Made by a program: the position numbers and the translations under genes. A stretch of 64,000 bases of DNA, taken from the NCBI GenBank assembly GCA_950097015.1, contig CATNEN010000029.1, positions 310,001 through 374,000 of the forward strand, in the 5' to 3' direction. Below, in pieces: positions 9,682 through 21,600 of the stretch. The notes beneath the pieces were generated by a model. That model searched no databases. It had not been told where the DNA came from and saw nothing but the letters and a program-made list of their open reading frames with translations. This DNA comes from Macrostomum hystrix (lineage: Eukaryota > Animalia > Platyhelminthes). Numbering within the stretch: position 1 is the first letter of the stretch; the number at the start of each line of letters is the position of its first letter.

Positions 9682-11652
9682 TTAGGCCTGCTGATCTTCA
9701 GGTGGAGCCTGCTGATCGTCAGGTGGAGCCTGCTGATCCTCAGGTGGAGCCTGCTGATCTTCAGGTGGAGCCTGCTGATCTTCAGGTGGAGCCTGCTGAT
9801 CTTCTGGTGGCACTTGCTGATCTTCAGGTGGAGCCTGCTGATCCTCAGGTGCAGCCTGCTGATCCTCAGGTGGAGCCTGCTGATCTTCAGGTGGAGCCTT
9901 CTGATCTTCAGGTGCAGCCTGCTGATCTTCTGGTGGAGCCTGCTGATCTACAGGAAGAGCCTGCGGATCTTCAGGTGGAGCCTGCTGATATTCAGGTGGA
10001 GCCTGCTGATCTTCAGGTGGCACTTGCTGATCTTCAGGTGGAGCCTGCTGATCTTCAGGTCGAGCCTGCTGATCTACAGGAAGAGCCTGCTGATCTTCAG
10101 GTGAAGCCTGCTGATCTTCAGGTGGCACTTGCTGATCTTCAGGTGGAGCCTGCTGATCTTCAGGTAGTGGCATCTCCTGTTCATCAGGAAGAGCCTGCTG
10201 ATCTTTAGATGGAGTCTGCTGATCTTCAGGAAGAGCCTGCGGATCTTCAGGTGGAGCCTGCTGATCTTCAGGAAGAGCCTGCTGATCTTCAGGTAGTGGT
10301 ATTTCCTGTTCATCAGGAAGAGCCTGCTGATCTTCAGGTGGAGCCTGCTGATCTTCAGGTGGAGCCTGCTGATCTTCAGGTGAAGCCTGCTGATCTTCAG
10401 GAAGAGCCTGCGGATCTTCAGGTGGAGCCTGCTGATCTTCAGGAAGAGCCTGCGGATCTTCAGGTGGAGCCTGCTGATCTTCAGGAAGAGCCTGCAGATC
10501 TTCAGGTGGAGCCTGCTGATCTTCAGGAAGAGCCTGCTGATCTTCAGGTAGTGGCATCTCCTGTTCATCAGGAAGAGCCTGCTGATCTTCAGGTGGAGTC
10601 TGCTGATCTTCAGATGGAGTCTGCTGATCTTCAGGTGGAGGCTGCTGATCTTCAGATGGAGTCTGCTGATCTTCAGGTGGAGTCTGCTGATCTTCAGATG
10701 GAGTCTGCTGATCTTCAGGTGGAGGCTGCTGATCTTCAGATGGAGTCTGCTGATCTTCAGGAAGAGCCTGCGGATCTTCAGGTGGAGCCTGCTGATCTTC
10801 AGGTAGTGGCATCTCCTGTTCATCAGGAAGAGCCTGCTGATCTTTAGATGGAGTCTGCTGATCTTCAGGAAGAGCCTGCGGATCTTCAGGTGGAGCCTGC
10901 TGATCTTCAGGAAGAGCCTGCGGATCTTCAGGTGGAGCCCGCTGATATTCAGGTGGAGCCTGCTGATCTTCAGGAAGAGCCTGCGGATCTTCAGGTGGAG
11001 CCTGCTGATCTTCAGGAAGAGCCTGCTGATCTTCAGGTAGTGGCATCTCCTGTTCATCAGGAAGAGCCTGCTGATCTTCAGGTGGAGCCTGCTGATCTTC
11101 AGGAAGAGCCTGCGGATCTTCAAGTGGAGCCTGCTGATCCTCAGATGGATCCTGCCGGTCTTCAAGTGGAGCCTGCTGATCTTCAGGAGAAGCCTGTTGA
11201 TCGTCAGCTGGTGGCGCCTGTTGATCGTCAGCTGGTGGCGCCTGTTGATCATCAGCTGGTGGCGCCTGTTGATCGTCAGCTGGTGGCGCCTGTTGATCGT
11301 CAGTTGGTGGCGCCTGTTGATCGTCAGTTGGTGGCGCCTGTTGATCGTCAGTTGGTGGCGCCTGTTGATCGTCAGCTGGTGGCGCCTGTTGATCGTCAGC
11401 TGGTGGCGCCTGTTGATCGTCAGCTGGTGGCGCCTGTTGATCGTCAGCTGGTGGCGCCTGTTGATCGTCAGCTGGTGGCGCCTGTTGATCGTCAGCTGGT
11501 GGCGCCTGTTGATCGTCAGCTGGTGGCGCCTGTTGATCGTCAGCTGGTGGCGCCTGTTGATCGTCAGCTGGTGGCACCTGACACTCCTCCGTGAGCTGCA
11601 GCTCATGCTTGGACATGTCGCCTAGCGCTGAGCACACTGAGTCGTTATTCAT
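9682..11652 (-). CDS. Candidate acidic P/E/D/Q tandem-repeat protein (PPADDQQA and PPEDQQA repeats), probably intrinsically disordered
   Basis: The minus frame is open from ATG 11652 (MNNDSVCSALGDMSKHELQLTEECQV, preceded by tttAG) to TAA 9684-9682. It crosses 24-, 21- and 27-bp units without a frameshift, whereas the plus in-phase frame has stops at about 10208 and 10847. Could still be a non-coding minisatellite. Confidence 0.5.
   Translation of the reverse strand: MNNDSVCSALGDMSKHELQLTEECQVPPADDQQAPPADDQQAPPADDQQAPPADDQQAPPADDQQAPPADDQQAPPADDQQAPPADDQQAPPADDQQAPPTDDQQAPPTDDQQAPPTDDQQAPPADDQQAPPADDQQAPPADDQQAPPADDQQASPEDQQAPLEDRQDPSEDQQAPLEDPQALPEDQQAPPEDQQALPDEQEMPLPEDQQALPEDQQAPPEDPQALPEDQQAPPEYQRAPPEDPQALPEDQQAPPEDPQALPEDQQTPSKDQQALPDEQEMPLPEDQQAPPEDPQALPEDQQTPSEDQQPPPEDQQTPSEDQQTPPEDQQTPSEDQQPPPEDQQTPSEDQQTPPEDQQALPDEQEMPLPEDQQALPEDQQAPPEDLQALPEDQQAPPEDPQALPEDQQAPPEDPQALPEDQQASPEDQQAPPEDQQAPPEDQQALPDEQEIPLPEDQQALPEDQQAPPEDPQALPEDQQTPSKDQQALPDEQEMPLPEDQQAPPEDQQVPPEDQQASPEDQQALPVDQQARPEDQQAPPEDQQVPPEDQQAPPEYQQAPPEDPQALPVDQQAPPEDQQAAPEDQKAPPEDQQAPPEDQQAAPEDQQAPPEDQQVPPEDQQAPPEDQQAPPEDQQAPPEDQQAPPDDQQAPPEDQQA
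9684..11581. repeat. Compound minisatellite: 21-bp units (CCTGCTGATCTTCAGGTGGAG) with 27-bp variants and higher-order blocks, then about 16-17 copies of a 24-bp unit (CTGGTGGCGCCTGTTGATCGTCAG)
   Basis: Direct reading. Confidence 0.97.
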
Positions 11653-13032
11653 CGCTAAAGTTATGGAGTTCCGTGAGAATTTAAATTGATTTAATTTATC
11701 TGGAACTAAAAACAACTTATTTGAAGACGCCCACACAAGCCTACCACTTGGTTTTGTGAAATGGTTTGAGTTAGCCGTGATTTTTGCAAACTGAATGCCC
11801 AAAGCCAAGTTTCAGCCAGTTAAAAAGGCCTACTATTTAAAGTAGATTCCAAATTTAGTGCTGCGTCACACCACTCCGCGGCAGTTGCATTCTTCAGCCT
11901 CAGCGTTGGAAACCGGATTGGACCGGATTGGCTGGCCCAACAGGGAAACAGTTTATACCCCGATTGCCTCAATCGCTTTTTCGTGTCTCCTACCTGCTAT
12001 ACTGAACAGCAGCCGCGTCCCGTTCCCCAGTCATAAGTCCGTTCGGTTCCGTTCGGTTCCGACATGTCTAGAGAATTGCTACGCTGGGTCTTGTTTACTT
12101 TTGCTGTTGCATCAGCCCAGACCAGACGGCATCGAATGGAAAGTGGAAACAGCCCTCAGGTAGAAATGGCCCCGACTGGCCCCCACTAGCTGCTTGTGGG
12201 TGTCCCCTCGTAGTTTTCCTGGCATTTTTCGATTGAGAAAAGAGTACAGTTGTACTATGGAGTTGCTGAGAACTGGCAGGAAGACTGACTGGGTATTATA
12301 GACTGACTGGTATTCCAGAATTGAAGTAAAAACTATTTTTTCCACAGGATTATTGATTTGTTCCAATTCTTGCTTTGAACTGAAATAAAACGGAAGGCAA
12401 CACATTATTTAATAGAACATTTCGAAATATTCGAAAGAATCTAAAAAAGAAACGCATCATACTACTGCCGCTTCTCAGTACAAATGAATGCGCACATTTG
12501 CCTTAATAGTTAAGCAGCAACAGATGAACACTAGAATCTTTATAGGTCAGTTCTGTGATAGAATTCGCTTTAGATATAAAAGCCCAAAGGAGTTAGAATT
12601 TATGCTCGCACCCTGATAGTTGTACAAATTGTGAGGCCTCGCCTCACTTCACTGGCTTGCGTGGGCGTCGAGAGTGCCCAACTCCATAGGGACACAGGAG
12701 GCTGCAGAGCTTCAGTTGAGCGTCCCTCCTGACTCAGTCAGCTTTCCTCCCTCATCGATACACATCTCTGGCTAAGCTCTCAAAATTCTTCTGACAGCGT
12801 GGGCCAGCCTTGACGAACGAAGACGCTCTCCTTGTCTCCCCTTCGCCCCCCAAACCCCCCCGGGGCTCAGACGCGAAGATGCAGCCCTGGCTTCCGGCAG
12901 TCCCATTGGCTGGGGGGAGAATTATCCCCATGCCCAGCCTAGCAGTGAAAGCAGCCGACAGTATGTAAGGCCAGCCAGCCCTCAAAGCAAGTCCCTTGGG
13001 GGACTATTTGCTCTAGCTCGAATCAGTCCCTG

Positions 13033-16000
13033 ATGTCGCTGATTGTCGCTCTGCTGGCGTGCGCCGCGTTGGCTAGTCCGGCCTTGGCCATGACCGCCGT
13101 GTCCAGCTTCCGCACCCAGCTAGCCAACAACTCACTTGAGCGCGAGCTCATCACCAAGCTGGTGGATAAGTACACCCGCACCGGCCTGCTGGGCCGGCCA
13201 GTCGCCCTGTCCACGGACCTGCTGGAGATCAACTTCGGCTTGGCCATCATTCAGATCCTGGACTTGGACGAGAACAAGCAGCTGCTGCGCACGAACTGCT
13301 GGGTTCGCTACAGCTGGCTGGACAAACACCTCAAATGGGAGGCCGAGCCCGGCTACGAGAGATTCCAGAACATCACCCAGGTGCGCCTGGAACCTGACTC
13401 GGTCTGGAAGCCCGACATTCAGCTGTACAACTTCGCCGACACCAGGCCGGAGGAGAAGCGGACAGCCAGAGTAGTTGTGTACTGGTCCGGCGATGTACTG
13501 TGGCACCCGCAGAGCCTGTTCAAGAGCACTTGCGCGGTGGAGATTCAGTACTTTCCGTTCGATACTCAGCTGTGTGCTCTGGAGTTCGGCTCCTGGACCT
13601 ACGATATGACCCAGATCAACCTGACCTGGGTGGGATACGAGGTGAGTGGCTGGTGTGAAAATCAAGTCCTGTAGCATTTCTAATATCATATCAATAATTT
13701 ATGGAGGTCTAGCATTGCTTCCTGTCGGCTCATTTGAATGCAATGAGTGGAAATTTGTGAAAAGTGCATTTATAACGCGCTTCAGGAAGTGGCCGATGAG
13801 GTAGGCGTGTTGAGGGGTGTCCGTCAGTCTGAGCTCAGCAGCTGAGGACGTCAAGATGAGGCTTCCGAGGAGAGCCTTAGGTTCCTTCGTGACACTTTTT
13901 CTTGACGCTACGACTGATCCGACTGGATTGAGTCCAATTCAAGGTTACTTTCGGTCAGTCACTCATGACCCACTGATCTCCCTCGGTCATTTTCAGTCAC
14001 TCATGACCCACTCTCCCTCGGTCACTTTCAGTCACTCATGACCCACTCTCCCTCGGTCATTTTCAGTCACTCATGACCCACTCTCCCTCGGTCATTTTCA
14101 GTCACTCATGACCCTAGTCGTTTTAGTCATTTTCAGTCACTCATGACCCACTCTCCCTCGGTCATTTTCAGTCACTCATGACCCTCTCGCCCTCGGTCAT
14201 TTTCAGTCACTCATGACCCTAGTCGTTTTTGGTCTTTTTCAATCACTCATGACCCTAGTCATTTTTAGTATTTTTCTGTCATCAATGACCCTAGTAATTC
14301 TCGGTCATTTACCTATTACCCTAGTAATTTTTGGTCATAGGTAATACAGTTACTGTATTATAAGTAATGCAGTTACCTATGAACCTAGTCATTTTTGGTC
14401 ATAGGTAATACAGATAATTCTCATTTTGGTCATAGGTAATACAGTTTCCTATGACCCTAGTCATTTTTGGTCAGTTTCAGTCGCTCATGATCCTAGTGAT
14501 TCTCGGTCATTTTCAGTCACTAATGACCCTAGTCATGCGACTCGGTCATTCCTAATTACAGTAGGCTAATTCAATGATCCCAGGTCATCTAGCCGGTCAT
14601 TAGCGCTAGTCCCCAGTTTATACCCCAGTGATGGAGTAGGCAGAGCGCTGAGGATCATAAAAGCCGCATTTGGGCGAAGTCGCACTCACCGCATGCACTG
14701 GCCCCTGATCAACAATTCATACAAGCCGTGTGCATTATTAACAGTCTCCGCTAGCAGCGGGCCTCATACTCACCGACATCTCTGGGGTTGGGCATATGGG
14801 ATAACCAAGCTACCACCTCATCTCCTGTCCTCGAGATCCGGTGTTCAATTCCAGCTGAGCAAGCAACGGGTGAGGAAAACTAGCTCTATCGCTGAGCCAG
14901 ATAGAAAGTCCTTCTCAGAGCTCTGCAGAGTCGAGTCTGAGCACACTCTCGCAGCTGATAGAAAACTGCCAGCCCGACCTACACAGTGGCAGTGATAGAA
15001 AATATAATTGCCGCCTCTTATTTAACTGTGCGAGAATATTAAAGGAAACTTTTCGACTTTAGGATAAGAAAGATGAGATTATGAAATATTTTGGCAGTAT
15101 GTAATACGTAAGAGATTGGGGTGATCAGCTTTCAAAATTTCAAATTCCATGGTCATCGACATACAATCAACCTGAACCGTGGCAACCTAAATAAAGTCGC
15201 TAAACAGGAGTAATGTTGACTTTTATCTATAGCCCGACCCGAGAAAAGTTAAAAAAATAAAAACTCGTCTAATGGGGCTTCAGGCCATAGACATAGATAA
15301 TAATAATTGCAGGAGGGCTGCGGGCAATGGCACATCATTTGGTGACACTAGACCCGCAGCCAGCGAGGAAGCAATTCTGCCCATTTCGCTGACTCCTGAG
15401 CACACACGCACACAGATACTGTACGCAGGCACACGCTCACACAGGTGTGTACATCAGCCCTGACTTTCTCATCGTCAGGCAGTGTACACTCTCACTGTGC
15501 CTTGGAGGTTCGCCCTCAAGGGCGTAAATTGCACGACAAGCCCCCAAGCCTTCTCTCCGCGGCTGCGCCCCAAATGAATGTGGCCTCGCCGTGGAATCGA
15601 ATTTAGGGACCTTGGTGCGAGAGGCAAACGCGATAACCGCTCTGCCACCGACCCCCATATACATAGAAACATTGTGTTTCGAAACACTTGGTTACCTCAA
15701 GGACATCTATATAAAGCAGCTATAGTTAGATGCTATATGTAGAAGTCCTTCAACTAAATAAGCCAAGTGAATTATTTCCAATTTGCTTGGATAAGCTATA
15801 TGTATGCCGTGAATGAAATGTAGCGCCTGAATACAAATTTCTGAATTTTCTCACTAAGAGGAGGAAATAAACACACCCAAATAGAGCCTTGCCAGCCGGT
15901 CAGTAAAAGCATAAGAGAGAACCGATTGTAAAATGGAATTGCCGTCAAGCATAAAGTCTCGACCTGCTCATGGCCATCTGTTTCGGTTAGATTTCTGCAG

Positions 16001-18995
16001 ATTTTATTATTCTGCACAGTCAGCCGGCCTCATCTCGTCAATCAGCTGACTGTGCGCCCATGCGAACTTGTTTAGAGCCTTTCAGGCTGCGGCCTCCTCA
16101 TCCCCCAATGCAGCTTTGCGCTCCCACAATCCGGCAGCAACAGCCGCAGCCTGAAAGCACCCGGCCAAGAAATTATTCGCCAATTAATCTGTGCGCCCGT
16201 CTAGGAAATGTGAGGCTGCGGTGGCTGCGGCCGGCATTCGATGGTCCGCTGGTACGATCCAAGCGGAGGGGTGGAGGCTTCGGAATGAGGATTAGGCAAT
16301 CCGGCCCCAACCGGATCCGTTAGGCGCACCGAGAGAGAGGAGCTGAGAGAGAGAGAGAGAGTGAATGAGGGGGGCGGGCGAACTGGTGGCGGCGGCTGTC
16401 CCCCCTGCTGCTACTGCCGGACCATGAGGGTATACGGAGGGAGAGAAAGTACAAGGCCCGCCTCAGTTGCAGAACAGACTTTGTGTGTGGCTTGGGCAGG
16501 AGGAACCCGGAGCTGCGCCTGGAAGCGGCGGCGAAGGGCGGAGAGAGAGAGAGTGGAGAAGAGCGACCGACTGAGTATTAGAGGAGGCCAAAGTAGAGGA
16601 AAAAAGAGTGGAAGCAATTGGATTTGTCCACACTTCAGCTAGCGCCGGGTGGCACTTGGAGTCAGGGCAGAAGCATGAACCCATGGGAGGCAAGGATGGG
16701 TCTACCTGCAGAACACTAATTCCAGATCGCTCATTTTGAGCCACAATTTAGGCCCCTTTTGCTCAATTTCAGCCAGATATTGGGAGATCAGGCTGATGGG
16801 GCGAGCCACTCAAATCTAGAGCGGCCTGGGGAGAAAATTGAGTGCAAAAAGTTTGCAGCCAATTTGACTGCCAATATATGAAGCTGTGCTAAGGCTGTCT
16901 CTCGCGCGACCAATGAATCACTTCTTAGAGTAGTGCCAGTAGAGCAGTAAAGTTTTGCGCTAACAATAAGGAAATACATGGAAGACTTGGCGAATTCTTT
17001 CAGTATTCAGGGTCGAGCTGGTCAAATCCACGATTCAGATTGGGGTAGAATGGCAGATTCAGTTCAGATTGGGGATAGAATGGCAGATTCGATTCAGATT
17101 GGGGTAGAATGGCAGATTCGGTTCAGATTGGGGTAGAATGACAGATTCGATTCAGATTGGGGATAGAATGACAGATTCGATTCAGATTGGGGTAGAATGG
17201 CAGATTCGATTCAGATTGGGGGTAGAATGGCAGATTCGATTCAGATTGGGGGTAGAATGACAGATTCGATTCGGACTGGGAGGTAGAATGGCAGATTCGA
17301 TTCGGATGCGGGTAGAATGGCAGATTCGGATGGGGGCAGAATGGTAGATTCGGATGGGGGGCAGAATGGCAGATTCGGATGGGGGTAGAATGGCAGATTC
17401 GGATGGGGGCAGAATGGCAGATTCGGATGGGGGCAGAATGGCAGATTCGCATGGGGGTAGAATGGCAGATTCGGATGGGGGTTGAATGGCAGATTCGGAT
17501 GGGGGCAGAATGGCAGATTCGGATGTGGGCAGAATGGCAGATTCGGATGGGGGCAGAATGGCAGATTCGATTCGGACAGGGAGGTAGAATGGCAGATTCG
17601 ATTCGGATGCGGGTAGAATGGCAGATTCGGATGGGGGCAGAATGTCAGATTCGGATGAGGGCAGAATGGCAGATTCGCATGCGGGTAGAATGGCAGATTC
17701 GGATGGGGGTAGAATGGCAGATTCGGATGGGGGCAGAATGGCAGATTCGGATGGGGGCAGAATGGCAGATTCGCATGGGGGTAGAATGGCAGATTCGGAT
17801 GGGGGCAGAATGGCAGGGTTTAAGTTGTACTTGAAGATTTCAGTTTGGATATTGTTCGCTAGACTAACGAATGAATTGACTTTCTCTAACAATGGCTAAA
17901 GCTAGCTACATATGTAGAGAGCAGTTAGCAGCAGGTTTTAATCTCTGGCACCCGCAGTACGAGCCCAACCAGTACGAGCCCAGCCCCTACGTGGACTTCA
18001 CCAACTACATCAAGAGCAAGGAGTGGATCACCGACGGCCAGGACGACTTCGAAATCCGGCCGTCGCAGCGGCAGCGCCAGGTCCGCTCCAAGATGCGCTG
18101 CACCCGGGTGAAGTTTCAGGACGAGAACGGGCACGAATACAGCCGCATCTACCAGCGCCTAGTCTATAAGATTCGCATTCGGCGTAACCCGGCCTTCTAC
18201 CTGTCCATCCTAGTGCTGCCCTGCCTCCTGCTGTCCTGCCTGACCTGGGTGATCTTCTGGCTGCCGCCGGAGTCGCCGGCCAAGATGCAGCTGGGCATGA
18301 ACATCTTCGTGGCCTTCTTCATCCTCATGCTGCTGCTGGCCAAGACCACCCCCAGCGCGGTGCGCAACTTCCCCTACATCGGCTACTTCTATGGCCTCAA
18401 TATGGTGCTGATCACGCTCAGCACCTTCCTGGCCGCCATCGTGCTGAACCTGTACATGCGGGCCGACAGCCGCGGCCCCATGCACCCGCTGCTGCGACGC
18501 GGCATTGTGGATGGCCTCGGCCGCCTGCTGCTTGTTCGCCAGGCGGTGCCGCTTCAGCCGCCGAAGAGCTCTGAGGAAGCTGCAGCCGAGGCTGCCAAGT
18601 CGGCATCGTTGAAGGACAAGCAAAAGCAGCAGCAGCAACAGCAGAACATCGCCACGCCGCAGAAGCAGCAGCAGCAGCAGTTGAATTCTCCATCTGGCGG
18701 CGCTGCCGGCAGCGGCGGCGGTCAGGTTGAGCGTGACGTGCGCGAGATTCGCCAGCTGTTCCGGGTCTACGTCAGCCGGCTGAAGGACCGGGAGAGGCGC
18801 AGCCAGGCAGCCATGGAGTGGCGCACCCTGGCCATGGTGCTGGACCGGCTGTTCTTCACGGCCTACGTCATCTGCATCCTGGTGGCCATCATCATCTGCC
18901 TGCCGCGGTCCAACACAGTGGTGTCAGACACTGACAGCGTCGGCGCCCCGGAGACTGACAACTGTCAGCACATGCGAGCGGCAGCTCAGGCCTGA
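13033..18995 (+). CDS. Cys-loop ligand-gated ion channel subunit, nAChR-like non-alpha, predicted anion-selective (ACC-like); exons 13033-13641 and about 17925-18995
   Basis: Signal peptide MSLIVALLACAALASPALA; VWKPDIQLYN; Cys-loop CAVEIQYFPFDTQLC; FGSWTYD; RRNPAFY pre-TM1; TM1-3; EW...LAMVLDRLFF TM4. Donor GTGAGT at 13642. The only phase-0 AG near the second ORF ends at 17924, so a hidden micro-exon cannot be excluded. Confidence 0.92.
13955..14580. repeat. 35-bp minisatellite (CAGTCACTCATGACCCACTCTCCCTCGGTCATTTT), decaying 3'-ward; nAChR intron
   Basis: Period 35 (13994, 14029...); degenerate ggtcat/atgacc units continue to about 14580. Confidence 0.9.
15400..15656 (-). mobile_element. tRNA-headed SINE-like element of a second family
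   Basis: Minus strand GGGGTCGGTGGCAGAGCGGTTATCGCGTTTGCCTCTCGCACCAAGGTCCCTAAATTCGATTCC has an A box (TGGCAGAGCGG) and a degenerate B box. The body is unrelated to the other SINEs and ends in TG-rich sequence. Single copy in the window. Confidence 0.55.
17030..17815. repeat. G-run minisatellite, 24-29-bp units (GGCAGATTCGGATGGGGGCAGAAT), at the 3' end of the nAChR intron
   Basis: Direct reading. Explains ORFs 17123-17899. Confidence 0.96.
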
Positions 18996-19464
18996 GAATC
19001 TAGCAACTCAAGCACCCTCATTTCTCATAGGATTTAGCTCATGTTTATTGCTTACAAGGAGTAGAACTAGCACCTGTACTTAATACATACGAATAGTAAA
19101 TGCCATCAGAAAGTGCTGTAACTATGTATATGTATATAAAATGTCTAAAGGCTCATCTATAACTTGCAGAAACATGCAGATGCTGGCGAGAACTGTACTG
19201 AAAATAGACTGTTTTAGCGAGTTAGATGAAAATGGTATAATTAAACCGCGCTGTTACTTTTGGCGTTTCATCAAACTCATTTAGGAAAGTGCGACTTTAT
19301 GCCTGCCATTGTACTGACGAAGCATTAGTACTTCCTTGCTTATTGCAAAATAAACGGCATAGCAAAAATAGTCTTGTCAATGCACTGAAGCATGCAGTCT
19401 TAGCATTACTTGGATATATACGAGTATATGCGCAGTTTTGACATTCAAAAATTAGTTTGTTTGT

Positions 19465-19935
19465 TTGACAGGCTGCTCATAGTTTGTTTGACAGGCTGCT
19501 CGTAGTTAGTTTGACAGGCTGCTCATCATTTGGATGACAGGCTGCTCATCATTTGGATGACAGGCTGCTCATCATTTGGATGATAGGCTGCTCATCATTT
19601 GGATGATAGGCTGCTCATCATTTGGATGATAGACTGCTCATCATTTGGATGATAGACTGCTCATCATTTGGATGATAGACTGCTCATCATTTGGATGATA
19701 GGCTGCTCATCATTTGGATGATCGGCTGCTCATCATTTGGATGATAGACTGCTCATCATTTGGATGATAGGCTGCTCATCATTTGGATGATAGACTGCTC
19801 ATCATTTGGATGATAGGCTGCTCATCATTTGGATGACAGGCTGCTCATCATTTGGATGATAGGCTGCTCATCATTTGGATGATAGGCTGCTCATCATTTG
19901 GATGACAGGATGCTCATCATTTTGGATGACAGGAT
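19465..19935. repeat. 23-bp minisatellite (AGGCTGCTCATCATTTGGATGAT), about 20 copies
   Basis: Direct reading. Confidence 0.96.
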
Positions 19936-19939
19936 GCTC

Positions 19940-20530
19940 ATAGTTTGGACAGATTGATCTTAGTTTAGACAGATTGATCATAGTTTAGACAGATTGATCA
20001 TAGTTTAGACAGATTGATCATAGTTTAGACAGACTGATCATAGTTCGGGCAGATTGATCATAGTTTAGACAGATTGATCATAGTTTAGACAGATTGATCA
20101 TAGTTTAGACAGATTGATCATAGTTTAGACAGATTGATCATAGTTTAGACAGATTGTTCATAGTTTAGACAGACTGATCATAGTTCGGACAGATTGATCA
20201 TAGTTTAGACAGATTGATCATAGTTTAGACAGATTGTTCATAGTTCGGACAGATTGATCATAGATTGGACAGACTGGTCATAGTTCGGACAGACTGGTCA
20301 TAGTTCGGACAGACTGGTCATAGTTCGGACAGATTGCTCATAGATTGGACAGAGTTTTCATAGTTCGGACAGACTGGTCATAGTTCGGACAGACTGGTCA
20401 TAGTTCGGACAGATTGCTCATAGATTGGACAGAGTTTTCATAGTTCGGACAGACTGGTCATAGTTCGGACAGATTGCTCATAGATTGGACAGAGTTTTCA
20501 TAGTTCGGACAGACTGGTCATATTTTGGAC
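19940..20530. repeat. 20-bp minisatellite (TAGTTTAGACAGATTGATCA and variants), about 29 copies, contiguous with and related to the 23-bp array
   Basis: Direct reading; the two units share the GACAG...TCATA core. Confidence 0.96.
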
Positions 20531-21400
20531 AGATTAGGTATGTATGACCAGATGAATTTTTTTAAATCACGTAGCTAATGAATGATTGATTCGCGACTTA
20601 CGTGACATAAGCAAGAATAGGTTAGATTTTCTTATTCTTTCTATTGTTGATTGATTAATTGATTGATTAATAAAATCCCCGCGGACAAAATCCTGTTAAA
20701 ATATCAGTACAGTTAGCAAACTTCAACATGGTTTGGAGTTTTTCATAAAGATTGCTTTTTGTTGAACGAAGAAACATAACAGATGCATCGTGCAGTTAGT
20801 ATTGATATTACAACAAATACGAGTATGCTTAAAGGACAGTAAAGACGATTAAAAACCCGCACTCTACTACTCAATGTCAGGCTGGAGCAGTAGGCACGCA
20901 GCAATTAGTATGCTGAAATTTTACAAGGTCTAAAAGTACACGTGAGCTAATACGAGGAGGGACAAAAATAAAATATTTTTATAATAATAGACGAATAGGT
21001 CCAACCTCAACAATGTTATTCCACATGACCGGGAGAAAAACTAAGAAACAGAATAGAAAAAAACCATTGTTTAATCAGCGCTGACTAATAGCAAGTTAGT
21101 TACAAGCGAAGCTTACATTTCAATGACAAGAACACTTTGAAGCATACAATGCGTTAGTTACTGTAGCAAAAGATTTACGTTTAATTAAACTTAAAATGGT
21201 GGGCGAAATGCAACACAATAACTAAACTACCGAAATTTGATGATTGGAAATGGGATAGACATGTAAATACGCAAGCGCGATTCACGATTCGTAAAACTAA
21301 TAGAACGAAACCCCAATCAGCTGCAATCACACTAGCTGTGTCTCCAGGCCCCTCTGCCTCTCTTTGTGAATCCTGTTTAGAGCTTAGTGTTAAAATTCTA

Positions 21401-21600
21401 TGTAGCCTAGTGGTTAGAGCGTCGAACTCACGACTCGAAGGTCGAGGGTTCGATTCCCGACTCCACTGCTCTGGACACTTAACTCTGGGGAGTGTGACGT
21501 CACCCCCAGTCCATGGACCGTACAGAAGTATGCAGGCTTGAGATGCGCCGTGCTGTCGGCTGCACATCTGGCCCAATATTGGCAAATAATAATCAATGAA
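21401..21600 (+). mobile_element. tRNA-headed SINE copy with internal deletions of the CORE-like segment
   Basis: TGTAGCCTAGTGG (A box), GGTTCGATTCC (B box), ...cagtccatggac...gctgtcggctgcacatctg.cccaat matches the 61001 copy but lacks two internal blocks. Confidence 0.85.

Noticed and set aside
9648-11625. Plus-strand VEPADLQ and other alternative-frame ORFs over the compound repeat
   Set aside because: Interrupted by stops, with no unique head; they are shadows of the repeat or of the minus PEDQQ frame.
17123-17899. Repeat ORFs (PPSESAIL, AEWQIRMG, MADSDGGR)
   Set aside because: They lie in an intron, unit lengths vary by non-multiples of 3, and frames switch.
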